DNA of 32,153 nt from Bradymonadales bacterium (GCA_007693605.1 REDG01000037.1:1-32153), one strand, 5' to 3'; positions 8,422-18,081 are shown, numbered from the stretch's first letter. Notes: a model not told the origin generated them from the letters alone. Program-made: numbers and translations.

Positions 8422-10096
8422 AGAACTCTCCTTGTGCGTATCGATAATTTCGCCGTTTTCGTCTTATGATAAAGAAATAAATCGTCGTGAGAACACCAAT
8501 TCTTCCGATCATCATCAAGAGAATCACAATCAATTTACCCACCCGATCTAAATCACTGGTGATGCCCAAGCTCCACCCACAAACAGCCAAAGCAGAGAAT
8601 GTCTCAAACAGCAGCTCCATCGCCCCCAACGACTGAGTCAGATAAAGCCCGAGAAAGCCAAGAAAGCCTAGCACGGCAAAAAAGAAAACAATGCTTACTG
8701 CTTTGGTGAACAAAACGGCGGGAATGCGGCGGCCCGCAAAGCTCGCTTCCTGCTGCCCCCTCAAAAACGCCCAAATCGACAAGATAATCACGGCCAGGGT
8801 GCCGGTTTTAAGCCCTCCGGCCGTTGAAATGGGTGCCCCCCCAATCAGCATCATGCTCATCAGGCTCACCTGGCCGGGTAAGCTATAGGCCTCAATCGGC
8901 ATCGAATTGAAGCCAGTCGCACGCATGGCGCTTTGAATCAAGCTGTGGAGGCCAAGCGAGCCAAGGTTTTGGTGAAAGGGGTTTCCTAACTCCACCAAGA
9001 ACAAAAGAAGACAGCCTCCCAGCAAAAGGCCGCCAGCGATACAAAGCTCAAGTTTCGCATAAGCCGAGAGCTTTCGAAGTTTTGAGCGGTAGTCAAAATA
9101 CTTCACCAACTGAATGATGGTGGGCGCCCCTAAAGCCCCTAAACCGGCAATGAAGCCTAAAAGGATCAAGGGAAAAGGGGCGGCATTCAAGTAAAGCAGC
9201 CCCTGCGGAAGACTAGAGAGTCCGGCCGTGCAGATTGCCGAGACCACTTGAAACAAACTATGAAACAAAGCCACCAAAGGATCGTCAAACAAAACTCTCA
9301 TGCTCGGGTAGATCAGAATCACGCCAATCACTTCGACGACAAGCATAAACAGAGCTGTAAAAGCCGCGAACCTCTTCAGACTTCCTAAAAAGTAAAGCTT
9401 TTCTGTGTCGTCCTGTAAGACCTTGTCGTGAACGCCCAACTCCCTTCCGATGAACAGCAAAAGAATTCCGCTAAAGGTGATGATGCCGATTCCCCCGGCT
9501 TGAATGAAGACTAGAATGACAAAGAGACCAAAGAAACTGAAGTGGTCGGGAAGACTGACCGTCAGCAGGCCCGCACCAGATATGGCCGACACGCTTGTGA
9601 AGAGCGAGTCAAAGAGGCCCAACTCGATTCCTGGCTGAAGGCTAACGGGTAAGACAAGAAGCAGCGCACACAAAACAGCGGCCCCGGTGTAGACGCTCAC
9701 GATGAAGCGGGCGGGATGCGCCTGCAGGCGAGCGAGTAAGCGAACCCATTGGGCAGAACTTAGAGCCAAGACGGCGGCGTTTAGAATGACCCAAGCTTGT
9801 ACCAAGCTCAACCACTGAGCTGTCGCCCGTTGGCTAAGAATCTCTGGTTCTTGAAAAGATAGTCGCAAAATCAAAAGAAGATAAATGAAGCCCAGAGAAT
9901 AAAATCCCCAGCGAATCCACCGAAGGCTCGCATTCAAGGCCTTCCGAAGACAAACTCGTCCCAGCAAAAAGCTGAAGCCCGTCAGTGCCAACAAATGAAC
10001 CGCGGCCTCTCCCCAGTAAGGAGGAAGTAAAAACTGAATCACCCAGAACAGGAAAAAGAGCGGCCCAAGAACCTGAATTTTTGTTAGATTCGGCAC
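8411..10096 (-). CDS. ktrB: Potassium uptake membrane subunit KtrB/TrkH with extra N-terminal TM helices
   Basis: Four pore-loop motifs (SAISGAGL, SAICTAGL, MRATGF, SALAVCGWSLG), the intramembrane loop IGGAPISTAGGLK and MIGRIG. Confidence 0.92.
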   Translation of the reverse strand: MPNLTKIQVLGPLFFLFWVIQFLLPPYWGEAAVHLLALTGFSFLLGRVCLRKALNASLRWIRWGFYSLGFIYLLLILRLSFQEPEILSQRATAQWLSLVQAWVILNAAVLALSSAQWVRLLARLQAHPARFIVSVYTGAAVLCALLLVLPVSLQPGIELGLFDSLFTSVSAISGAGLLTVSLPDHFSFFGLFVILVFIQAGGIGIITFSGILLLFIGRELGVHDKVLQDDTEKLYFLGSLKRFAAFTALFMLVVEVIGVILIYPSMRVLFDDPLVALFHSLFQVVSAICTAGLSSLPQGLLYLNAAPFPLILLGFIAGLGALGAPTIIQLVKYFDYRSKLRKLSAYAKLELCIAGGLLLGGCLLLFLVELGNPFHQNLGSLGLHSLIQSAMRATGFNSMPIEAYSLPGQVSLMSMMLIGGAPISTAGGLKTGTLAVIILSIWAFLRGQQEASFAGRRIPAVLFTKAVSIVFFFAVLGFLGFLGLYLTQSLGAMELLFETFSALAVCGWSLGITSDLDRVGKLIVILLMMIGRIGVLTTIYFFIIRRKRRNYRYAQGEFYVG

Positions 10097-10111
10097 GACC
10101 TTGATTCTCTC

Positions 10112-11809
10112 TTAGCTCGAGCGGAGCATCCAGCAAAAACTAAGGGCATAATAGAGAATCAAGCTTGGCAGAAGAAGGGGGCTTAAGCTCAATACAATCA
10201 TCAACACACAGCTCAGAGCCATAAATTGCATGAGCAGTCGTTGGTCTCTTGCCCAAACCTCAGCTTGCCTGAAAAGCCAGCTCAAACTTGAAAGGTGATT
10301 TCCAAAGATTTGCACGGGGGCGTTCGTCTGCTGAATTCGATCCTTTTGATCGGTAAACTCAATGTCAAAACTCGTTTCTGGTTCCTTGTGGTCCCAATCG
10401 CCTCGTAGTTCTAAGAAGTGATCTGATCGTTCCTTCCAATGGGCCCAGGTGAGCCGCCTCTCAATCGGTAACAGAGAGTTTTGGCAATCTTGAAACAAAG
10501 CAGGAGAAATCTTTTGAGAGTGTTTCGAGGTTGAGCTAATTACGCACAGCTTCTTCTGAAGCCCCTTCATGTCCTGTAGAAACTCATCAAAAGAGTCTCG
10601 AATCTTTGTCTCGAATGAAAAGGCGGCGACAATTCGTTGGTTGATGGAAAGAAAGCAGCAGAGCCTTTTTTCCGAAGCCCAGTCTTTCCATTTTCTTTGT
10701 CCCTCTGGGCTCCAGTCGTAGGCCTTCATGACTTTATAGTCGATATTGCCAAGTTCGATTAACATGTTTCGACCAGAGTCATCTCTCGACTGGAGTCGAA
10801 GTCCAATGTGATCGGCCCTTTCGATTTGAGCGAGGTCGACCGGCATTTTTCCCCTCTCAAACAAGCTCTCTCGAAGGGATCGGCAAATGGGATGAAAAGA
10901 ACTGGCTGAGAGCTCGTAGATTAAACTCTCCAGGTCTTCCTCTTGCCAGCCCGAAGAGGGATCGTACCAACTCTCTTTAAACTGAAGCTGAGAATCAAGA
11001 AAGACCCCAAGCTGATGGCAGGCAAGATGTCGAACCTCTTTTAACTTCTGAAGAATGGCCAGATCCTTGAGATAAAGGCCGAGGCGCCCGCACTGATGCC
11101 AAAAGCGCGAGAGTCTCCAATGATAGGCGGGCAGACTGAGCGGAATGATCATGCCAAGAAAGAAAAATGGGCTCTCTTGCGCCAAACCCGCAATCCAAAA
11201 ACCCGCTCCCAGAACAAAGCAGAGCGCGAGAGGCAACAGCCGAATTCGAATCTCATGCCATTCAAAATCTTCCGTTCGAATGGGGGACTTCAGCCAATCT
11301 GGGCGGGGGCTGGCGCCAAAGGTGTTAGAGGCCCACCAAGCCTCTAAGATCTTGAGACAGATCCAAGCGGCGGCAAACAAACTCAAATTACTTAGAAACT
11401 CTAGATGTTGCAGCAGGTTAAAGCCTTCAGCTTCAAGTAAAAGAAAGCGAACCAAAAGGCAGGCGAGTAGCCCAATGGCAAACAAACTGTCCGTTTGAAG
11501 AACTCTTGCAAAAAGAGAACTGCGATAAAGCCAAGCCGCTCGAAAATGAAGCGGCAAGACCAGCAACAACAGATAGACCACCAAAAAGTAAGCTGCCGCC
11601 TGAAGACTTCTCTCAGGAAGCCATGAAAATTTTAAGCCAAGCCCAATGGCGACAGGTGCCAAGATCAAAAACACCAAAAGAAAGGCCACTTGAAGAGTTT
11701 TTCGTTTCCAGACTCTCAGAAGGCGGTAGAGGCTCTCTCCAAAAAATGCCGATTGAGAATCAAAGCGAGTCAAAAGTAGTTGTGTTTTGGAGGCTAAAGC
11801 TCTTTTCAC
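10112..11809 (-). CDS. Degenerate, probably inactive P1B-type (heavy-metal) P-type ATPase homologue
   Basis: Landmarks occur in the correct order: LQTDSLFAIG (~NMDTLVALG), LKILE, GLYLKDLAILQKL (~GILIK...LE), SFHPI (~SEHPL), KIRD, LLPIER (~LPEDK), RGD. The DKTGT, CPC and TGD motifs and the actuator domain are missing. Confidence 0.72.
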   Translation of the reverse strand: MKRALASKTQLLLTRFDSQSAFFGESLYRLLRVWKRKTLQVAFLLVFLILAPVAIGLGLKFSWLPERSLQAAAYFLVVYLLLLVLPLHFRAAWLYRSSLFARVLQTDSLFAIGLLACLLVRFLLLEAEGFNLLQHLEFLSNLSLFAAAWICLKILEAWWASNTFGASPRPDWLKSPIRTEDFEWHEIRIRLLPLALCFVLGAGFWIAGLAQESPFFFLGMIIPLSLPAYHWRLSRFWHQCGRLGLYLKDLAILQKLKEVRHLACHQLGVFLDSQLQFKESWYDPSSGWQEEDLESLIYELSASSFHPICRSLRESLFERGKMPVDLAQIERADHIGLRLQSRDDSGRNMLIELGNIDYKVMKAYDWSPEGQRKWKDWASEKRLCCFLSINQRIVAAFSFETKIRDSFDEFLQDMKGLQKKLCVISSTSKHSQKISPALFQDCQNSLLPIERRLTWAHWKERSDHFLELRGDWDHKEPETSFDIEFTDQKDRIQQTNAPVQIFGNHLSSLSWLFRQAEVWARDQRLLMQFMALSCVLMIVLSLSPLLLPSLILYYALSFCWMLRSS

Positions 11810-12216
11810 TCCTCACGATACTCCTCAGATTCAAGCTCAATCTGGCTTTCATCAATTTGCCTCTCAAAAATCTCTCGCAGCAGGCGCAGACTTCGATTGA
11901 TCTCGCCCCGCACAAACGAATCTTCCTCTCTCTCCAGTTGTTTTGACAGAGCTTGAAAGCTTCTCTCGTGGGGAATGCGTCCTAATGTCCACGCGATCTG
12001 ATATCGAAGACGGGGGCTTGAAGACTCAAACTGTCTGGCGATGGCGGGTATCGCCTCTGGAGGCTTGATGTCGCTGAGTCGTCTGAGCGCATTCAACTTT
12101 AACTCTTCTTGAGGAGCATCCAGAGCCCTCGTCCAAAAAACTGCATTGTGATTTTTCAGGGGCTCCAGAGGGCTTTGTACGCCAAAGATTCCAATAAGAA
12201 AAAAAACTAGCTGCAT
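11806..12216 (-). CDS. Small HEAT-repeat protein with N-terminal hydrophobic segment
   Basis: PBS-lyase-type HEAT repeats: ALRRLSDI..PEAIPAI, LRYQIAWTLGRI, EEDSFVRGEINRSL. Confidence 0.8.
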   Translation of the reverse strand: MQLVFFLIGIFGVQSPLEPLKNHNAVFWTRALDAPQEELKLNALRRLSDIKPPEAIPAIARQFESSSPRLRYQIAWTLGRIPHERSFQALSKQLEREEDSFVRGEINRSLRLLREIFERQIDESQIELESEEYREE

Positions 12217-12771
12217 TTACTTTAACTCCTTTTGAATGGACAAAGACCGACCGGCTTCAAGGCAGCTCGAGAGCCCTTCCCACAAAACAGCCTTCCAGTC
12301 TTCAGCCGTTCGATTCTGAGCCTGAAGTTGAGATCGGCGAACAAGAGCTTTCGCGTAAACGGTCTTTTCGAATGTTTTTTCAAGCTGACCCCGACCGTCT
12401 ACTGAGCGGGTCTTGGGGTCGAGTTCAAAAAGTTCCAAATAGACCGTCTGAATTTCAGGAAATTTCTGAAAGATTCCGGGCGCCCCTTCGCCAAGCCTTT
12501 GACCTCGGCCTCCCAAAAGCCAACGGTAGGTCAAACACTCCATTTGGTCGGGATTCGGGTTGGGGGGACGATCGTACCAAGCCCGAATCTCCAGCCGGTT
12601 GCCCCTAATTTCGATCTTCTCTTCTTCATGTCTCAAATCGGGCCGAACCAAAAAAATCTTGCTGATCTCTTCGATTTTCGCGGCATCGGCAAGGGCTGTA
12701 GAATTAAAGAACCAAAAGCCAAGAAAATTGGCTCCAAAGACGAAAAAAATGAGATAGGCTTTTAACATCAT
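12217..12771 (-). CDS. Hypothetical exported protein
   Basis: Signal-peptide-like N-terminus ending TALA-DA. Its stop codon directly abuts the ATG of the HEAT gene. Confidence 0.7.
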   Translation of the reverse strand: MMLKAYLIFFVFGANFLGFWFFNSTALADAAKIEEISKIFLVRPDLRHEEEKIEIRGNRLEIRAWYDRPPNPNPDQMECLTYRWLLGGRGQRLGEGAPGIFQKFPEIQTVYLELFELDPKTRSVDGRGQLEKTFEKTVYAKALVRRSQLQAQNRTAEDWKAVLWEGLSSCLEAGRSLSIQKELK

Positions 12772-14146
12772 GACTCAGTCTACTCAGGGCTTCTTAGAAT
12801 ACCGTAATCCTCTCACCACCCGATATGCAAGCACTGCCATGAGCCGGATTTTTTCGGAGCATCATCGGGCGAGCCTTTGGCGAAGGCTTTGGATTGTCTT
12901 GGCCGAGGAGCAAAAGAAGCTTGGGCTAAAGATCCGTCCGGATCAGATCGCCGAAATGAAGAAGCAAGAGAGCAAGATCGACTTCGATCGGGTAAGAGCC
13001 TGGGAGCTGAAATTAAAGCATGACGTCATGAGTCATGTGAAAGCCTTTGGCGAGGCCACCCCAAAGGCAGAGGCCATCATTCACCTGGGGGCCACCTCGG
13101 CCTTTGTCACAGACAACGCTGATGTTTTGATCATTCGAGAGGCTTCTGAGCTGGTTCATCAAAAACTCTGTGTGGCCCTCGCAGAGCTTAGAACTCTGAT
13201 TGAGAAGTGGAAGTCGGTGACGGCCTCTGGCTTCACTCATTTTCAGCCGGCGCAACCGGTGACGATGGGAAAGCGGCTCTCAGTTTGGGCTCAAGATTTG
13301 TGTTGGGATATCGAAGAGATTGAGTTTTGTTTAAGTCGCCTGAGGCCTCTCGGCTGTAAGGGGGCCACCGGCACTCAAGCCTCTTTTCTGACTCTTTTTG
13401 AGGGCGATTCCAAAAAGGTGGAAGCTCTTGATTTGGCCATTGCCAAGAGATTGGGTTTTGAGTCGGCCGTGGCTGTCAGTGGACAAACTTTGTCGAGAAA
13501 AGTGGACTCATGGTTTTTGGATGCCTTGTCCCACATGGCTTCGACCGCTTCTAAGTTGAGTTATGATTTTCGTCTTCTTCAACACACCGGAGAGCTCAAG
13601 GAGCCTTTCGGAAAGGCGCAGGTCGGCAGTTCAGCGATGGCCTACAAGCGAAATCCCATTTTGGCCGAACGACTGAGTTCGCTCGCTCGTTTCTTGATGA
13701 CTCTTTCGACCAATGGCGTTTGGACTCACGGAGTACAATGGTTGGAGCGGTCTTTAGATGACTCTGCTAACCGGCGCATTGTTTTGGCGGAAGCCTTTTT
13801 GGCGGCAGACGCGATGGCGGAGCTTTTGATTCGACTCTTCAAAAAGCCAGAAATCGATCGAAAGAGAATCCAAGAAAATCTTAAAAAATACGAGGCTGAT
13901 TTTGCGTCTGAAGCTTGGATGATGGAGCAGAGTTTGAAGGGGGAGTCTCGACAGAAAGCTCACGAGAAAGTTCGAGCCGCAAAGTTTTCTGGGAAGCTTA
14001 CTTCAAGCAAGCGATCAAAGGCTTTTGGCTCTGGTCTTGCCGCCAGACAGGTGGACTTGTTTTTGAAGCAAGAGCTCAATCCCTTTTTGAAACAACGACA
14101 AAAGCAGTTGAAAAAGAAAATGCCCTCTTCTGCCGCCGCCCTTTGA
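12770..14146 (+). CDS. purB: Adenylosuccinate lyase
   Basis: YRNPLTTRYAS, HDVMSH, IHLGATS, THFQPAQ and the fumarate-lyase signature GSSAMAYKRNP. Confidence 0.95.
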   Translation: MTQSTQGFLEYRNPLTTRYASTAMSRIFSEHHRASLWRRLWIVLAEEQKKLGLKIRPDQIAEMKKQESKIDFDRVRAWELKLKHDVMSHVKAFGEATPKAEAIIHLGATSAFVTDNADVLIIREASELVHQKLCVALAELRTLIEKWKSVTASGFTHFQPAQPVTMGKRLSVWAQDLCWDIEEIEFCLSRLRPLGCKGATGTQASFLTLFEGDSKKVEALDLAIAKRLGFESAVAVSGQTLSRKVDSWFLDALSHMASTASKLSYDFRLLQHTGELKEPFGKAQVGSSAMAYKRNPILAERLSSLARFLMTLSTNGVWTHGVQWLERSLDDSANRRIVLAEAFLAADAMAELLIRLFKKPEIDRKRIQENLKKYEADFASEAWMMEQSLKGESRQKAHEKVRAAKFSGKLTSSKRSKAFGSGLAARQVDLFLKQELNPFLKQRQKQLKKKMPSSAAAL

Positions 14147-14409
14147 GAAAAGCAGCGACGAAGCCGCCACTGCAACGCGGGCAAGGAGCGTTGCAGCCAT
14201 CCGCAAACCAAGTCGACCGAAGGTCGAGCTAAAACGAAGGGCAGGTGGGCCTCTAGCGCTTGATGGGCCCTTAGCGCCAGCTCCCAATAGTTGAGGGGTC
14301 GGATTGAGAGTGGTGTATACAACCAGACCAGGAATCTCCCTTAGGTCTTCTTTTGGTCTTATTCACTCTCTCTCCGACCCCTCCTTACCCCCTAGGAAAA
14401 CTTTATCGG

Positions 14410-15324
14410 TTAAGGAGCCGGTGGCCATTGCCCAAATAGAAAGCTCAAAATGTCATTGGGCTGGGGGAGTAAAACTCGCTGATACTGAACTTGTCGACCA
14501 ATACTCTGTTGAGAATTGATTCCCCGAAGTTGTGGGCTATCAGAAACTCGTACCACCAGGTATTGGGGGATCAGAGAGGCGGTTAAGCCTTTGTTCGGTT
14601 CAAACTCAAGTATTCTGAGCTGTCCGTTGATCCGCTTCGCACAGACTTCTCCATCGAGAGCCACGAAGCGCGTGTCTCCCTGGTTATTCAAGGGTTGCAG
14701 AATTCCCACCTGAAAAGCACTCGCAAAATAAGTGTAGGAGCAAAAGGCTTGATTGGGGTTCATACTCGGCGGGGCTGCGATGCTTTCGTTGAATTCCACT
14801 GCGATTCTATCGCCGGGTCGTATCTGAGAGCCCGTCGGAAGCTGCCGAACAATACGAAAAGCCCCTGAGTTGGCCTGGCTGCCTTCGGTTTGAAACTGCC
14901 AAGAGACGGCAGGGATAAACTGGTTCTCGGTATCTCTTAAAAATCGAGCATTCACCCGATAGGTGCTTGCAGCCCTCAAGACGGCATTTTCGCCTCCGAT
15001 TTTGGGCTGAAAACGAAGGGCGCTTCCCCCATTGTGAGAGCTGATCTCACCGGTGACGACCTGATTGAACTCATCGAGCACTCGAAAATTTGTAAAATTC
15101 ACACTGCTCCAGGCAACAGGCCGACTGAAGCGAAGCTCGATCGCAGCATTGGTGGGAACATTCCTGGCTAGTCGTTCCGGATAGTGAGAAAGCGCAAAAG
15201 TGCTTTCGCTCGTCGGCTCGCTCCGATTTAGGGCTGTATAATGGGTGTTTGGAGAAGAGGGCTGGCCGCATCCAATCAAGGAAATGGAGACACCAAGACT
15301 CGCTAGAATGAGAGTGAACTTCAT
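14410..15324 (-). CDS. Lipoprotein with SbsA/Big_5-type Ig-like domains
   Basis: Lipobox LIGC. VPTNAAIELRFSRPV...LRFQP...LRAASTYRV...WQFQT is typical of Big_5. A second domain begins IAVEFNESI. Confidence 0.82.
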   Translation of the reverse strand: MKFTLILASLGVSISLIGCGQPSSPNTHYTALNRSEPTSESTFALSHYPERLARNVPTNAAIELRFSRPVAWSSVNFTNFRVLDEFNQVVTGEISSHNGGSALRFQPKIGGENAVLRAASTYRVNARFLRDTENQFIPAVSWQFQTEGSQANSGAFRIVRQLPTGSQIRPGDRIAVEFNESIAAPPSMNPNQAFCSYTYFASAFQVGILQPLNNQGDTRFVALDGEVCAKRINGQLRILEFEPNKGLTASLIPQYLVVRVSDSPQLRGINSQQSIGRQVQYQRVLLPQPNDILSFLFGQWPPAP

Positions 15325-16511
15325 TGCCCTTCCTCCGACGCGCCACCCAACAGATCTTCAATGAAGTCGTTCAAAAAATTCACACGAGTAGAAAGCCCAG
15401 AGCTATGAATGAAGCCCCCAATATAGACAGGCTCTGCCAGATCTTCTTTGGTGGTCAAAGCCCTTAAATTTCCGATCATATAGATAATCATCTTCCCAAG
15501 ACCTTCGGGGTAGTCTTGAGAAGGCTGAAAGACCAGAGTTCTGCGATTGCTCTCGGAAGAGACTTTGCCCTGAATTCGATTATTATAGATTAAATGAGCA
15601 TTCTGCAGATTGAGTTGACCTGAAGAGTCGGTCGAGGTTTGAGCGTCAGAAAACAGAGCAGACAAATTGGTGTTTTGATCAAGAACGCCCACGACCATTC
15701 CAGGAAATTGGCTTAGACTTTTATTTTTAAAGTCTGGAAGGTTTTCGTCGGATACATCAAAAGCAGTGGGGTCAATTCCCTGAATGCGATCGATTCGATC
15801 ACTAAAGTCACAGCGAATGGGGGCCCGTTTGTTGATCACTAGAGAGCTTCGTGAAGAGAAAGGGCTGAGGTTATTTGCCAGGTTGCCGAAAAAGTCCGAA
15901 TTGTTTTTAAAATCTAAGACTTGGCCCGGGCTGCAGCCTAAAACTCGAAAACCTCCAGTCTTCGGAAACAGAAATTCATCTCCCACCCGAAACCGAATCG
16001 AACCTGCTCTGACAGGAATTTCTCTAACGGTTTGTAGGCCTAACAATTCTCTATTGATGTCTGGGTTGGTGTTTTGAAAAGAAGAGCCATGGCCGGCCCA
16101 AGTCAAGGTATAAGTGAGGCCCGGCATGAGTAGACGGTCCGGAAACTCGATGGTCACTTCAGTCACTTTTCGGCTGGGATCTTCAGGGTGATCAATCAGT
16201 CTTGAGGAGACAATTTTCTCGCCTCCAATATGCTCGCCGCTTGATGTGAGAAGTTGATATTGAAACTCGAAACCAGAGGCAAGATCTAAGGGATCGCTGA
16301 AAACCAGACGAATTCTAGGATCCCTTGGCACGATAGCAAGGTCTTGGAGCGGGTCGTAAGCCGGATCGCTTTGTAACAAGCGCCCAAAGTGGTTTTGACT
16401 TTGATTTGAAGACGGAGGTCTAAAGCTGTCAGGAGTTTGATTGCCGCAGCCGATAGAAAAGATCATCAGAGACAAGATGGAGAAAAAAGCGAAGTTTTTT
16501 GAGAGCTGCAT
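15321..16511 (-). CDS. Lipoprotein with Ig-like domains
   Basis: Lipobox SIGC, with VPRDPRIRLVFSDPLD...LMPGLTYTL and IRCDFSDRID...TLVFQP. 4 bp ATGA overlap with the next gene. Confidence 0.78.
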   Translation of the reverse strand: MQLSKNFAFFSILSLMIFSIGCGNQTPDSFRPPSSNQSQNHFGRLLQSDPAYDPLQDLAIVPRDPRIRLVFSDPLDLASGFEFQYQLLTSSGEHIGGEKIVSSRLIDHPEDPSRKVTEVTIEFPDRLLMPGLTYTLTWAGHGSSFQNTNPDINRELLGLQTVREIPVRAGSIRFRVGDEFLFPKTGGFRVLGCSPGQVLDFKNNSDFFGNLANNLSPFSSRSSLVINKRAPIRCDFSDRIDRIQGIDPTAFDVSDENLPDFKNKSLSQFPGMVVGVLDQNTNLSALFSDAQTSTDSSGQLNLQNAHLIYNNRIQGKVSSESNRRTLVFQPSQDYPEGLGKMIIYMIGNLRALTTKEDLAEPVYIGGFIHSSGLSTRVNFLNDFIEDLLGGASEEGQ

Positions 16512-16544
16512 TTGTCTTCATCCTCTTAAGTGTCCGAGTCCTCC

Positions 16545-16606
16545 TGAAGAGAGCCCTCCCTGCCACGAGAGCTCTCTTCAAGCCAGGATCTCGTAAGAGA
16601 TCCTGG
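16545..16606 (-). terminator. Two tandem intergenic hairpins (possible attenuator or mRNA stabiliser)
   Basis: TGAAGAGAGC/GCTCTCTTCA (16545-16580) and CCAGGATCTC-GTAA-GAGATCCTGG (16583-16606). No clear poly-T tract. Confidence 0.55.
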
Positions 16607-16620
16607 GCTCGATTGAAGTT

Positions 16621-17730
16621 TTAGCAAGGGTCGTTGAACCTAACCCAGTCGACAAAAAAGCCTGAATTCAGACGCAGGCCAGACTCTGATTCGAAACTGG
16701 GCAAGATATTGATCAATCCTGTGTTTATGCCACAGACCGCCAGACTCGACCATCCCCCGCCTTGAACGGTCAAGCCCCCGTTTATGTTTGTTCGCACATG
16801 AGTTGTATTGGGCGGAAAGATATAGAGTGTTCTACCTTGATCTCTTAGAATCATGCAAACATCGGCACCTGCGATCGATTGACCTTCCAAAACTGAGTTG
16901 TCATCAAAATCGCAGCTCTCATAGTAGTCGACCTGATTGACATGGGTGGCGCTCAAGGGATTGACGAGACCGCCAACCGGAAACAGTGCCCTCATGTTCA
17001 GAACTCCCATGCTATTTCTTAGGCTGCTCTCTTTCACCGGTCGGTTGAAACGGAGCACGATATAGTCTTGGTTGTTTGTCCCCTGAAACCAACTTGAGCT
17101 CATATTGCTCAGGAGCTGGTTAACTATACCAAAGGCCGTTTGACTTGTGGGGAAGCTCCAATCGCCGGTGTTTGGATCGACGCCTACTCCGTTGAAAAGG
17201 CTCGTAGCTTGGGGCTCCTGTTTAGATTCCGAACTTACAATTCTGAAGCTAGAACCGCAGTAGTTCGCCTCTGCGCCGCTGTAGACTTTAAATTCGCCCA
17301 CTGGCCCGGCCTTCGCGACCAGGTTGTTACCGTCGCCATCTGAGACGACCATTTCTTCCATTCTAACAGTGTAAGTTTCACCGACAGTTAAGCCTGTTGC
17401 CATAAACTGAACGATACAGGCGTCCCCGTCCTGATATGAATGAAAGCTGCTTGCTAGAATTCCGCCACTAGCGCCGGATTCAGTAGTAAGACTAAACCTG
17501 GCCCTTAGGGCCTCATTTCCAATGCAGAAGTTTCGGTCGCCCTTCGCGACAACTGGGACTTCTGCACAAGCCTTGTCATTTGCGTTCGGCCGAACAACTT
17601 CAATGCCCTGCCCAATAATATTCTGGTTGGGTGGAGGATTGAATCCTAGATCTTCGCTACCGCAGGCCGCCATCAGAACGCCAGTGACGAACGCGAGACC
17701 CAGCTGTTTTAGTCGTAATGAATTGTTCAT
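16621..17730 (-). CDS. Cys-rich lipoprotein with probable Ig-like domains
   Basis: Lipobox MAAC, several further cysteines, GLTVGETYTV and IVLRFNRPV beta-sandwich-like segments. AGGGG RBS upstream. Confidence 0.75.
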   Translation of the reverse strand: MNNSLRLKQLGLAFVTGVLMAACGSEDLGFNPPPNQNIIGQGIEVVRPNANDKACAEVPVVAKGDRNFCIGNEALRARFSLTTESGASGGILASSFHSYQDGDACIVQFMATGLTVGETYTVRMEEMVVSDGDGNNLVAKAGPVGEFKVYSGAEANYCGSSFRIVSSESKQEPQATSLFNGVGVDPNTGDWSFPTSQTAFGIVNQLLSNMSSSWFQGTNNQDYIVLRFNRPVKESSLRNSMGVLNMRALFPVGGLVNPLSATHVNQVDYYESCDFDDNSVLEGQSIAGADVCMILRDQGRTLYIFPPNTTHVRTNINGGLTVQGGGWSSLAVCGINTGLINILPSFESESGLRLNSGFFVDWVRFNDPC

Positions 17731-17788
17731 AACTAAACCCCTTTTTCTATTTTCCTATTCGGAGATCATTCTCCTCAGGCCTAGTGAT

Positions 17789-17804
17789 CGCAATTGCCGT
17801 GCCA
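17789..17804 (-). promoter_or_regulatory. Sigma54 (-24/-12) promoter for the lipoprotein operon
   Basis: Minus strand TGGCAC-GGCAA-TTGCG matches TGGCAC-N5-TTGC, about 60 bp upstream of the ATG at 17730. Confidence 0.8.
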
Positions 17805-17928
17805 ACACCGTCCCTTGGGGAGGGGTCTCTAAGGCTTTGAAATCATGGTGTTTTTACTTTGGCCTCAAAGGATCACTCGTCCGATGGGACTTGCTTGCCC
17901 CAGGGGATGGGGCTCAGCCTCCCCTTGG

Positions 17929-18052
17929 GGGAGTGTCGCTAAAGGCCCATCTGCTTCGGCGGCTGTGTCGCTGCGCTTCTCGAGTGGCATCTAAACCACA
18001 CTGCGATGCTCGCTCCTTGCCTTCTCGCATCTTGACCCTTATCGCCACTCCC
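17929..18052. repeat. 124 bp imperfect palindromic intergenic element, copy A2
   Basis: Same length and orientation as 56-179, with substitutions concentrated in the central loop. A partial re-start TCGCTAAAGGCCCA follows at 18059-18072. Confidence 0.9.
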
Positions 18053-18081
18053 CATCCATCGCTAAAGGCCCACCAACTCTG

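Noticed and set aside
10112..11809. Functional CopA/ZntA or KdpB pump
   Set aside because: The phosphorylated Asp, TGE actuator and metal-binding motifs are absent.
13960..14322. Minus-strand 120 aa ORF after the lipoprotein operon
   Set aside because: About half overlaps purB in antisense, with no clear RBS or motif. I cannot support it.
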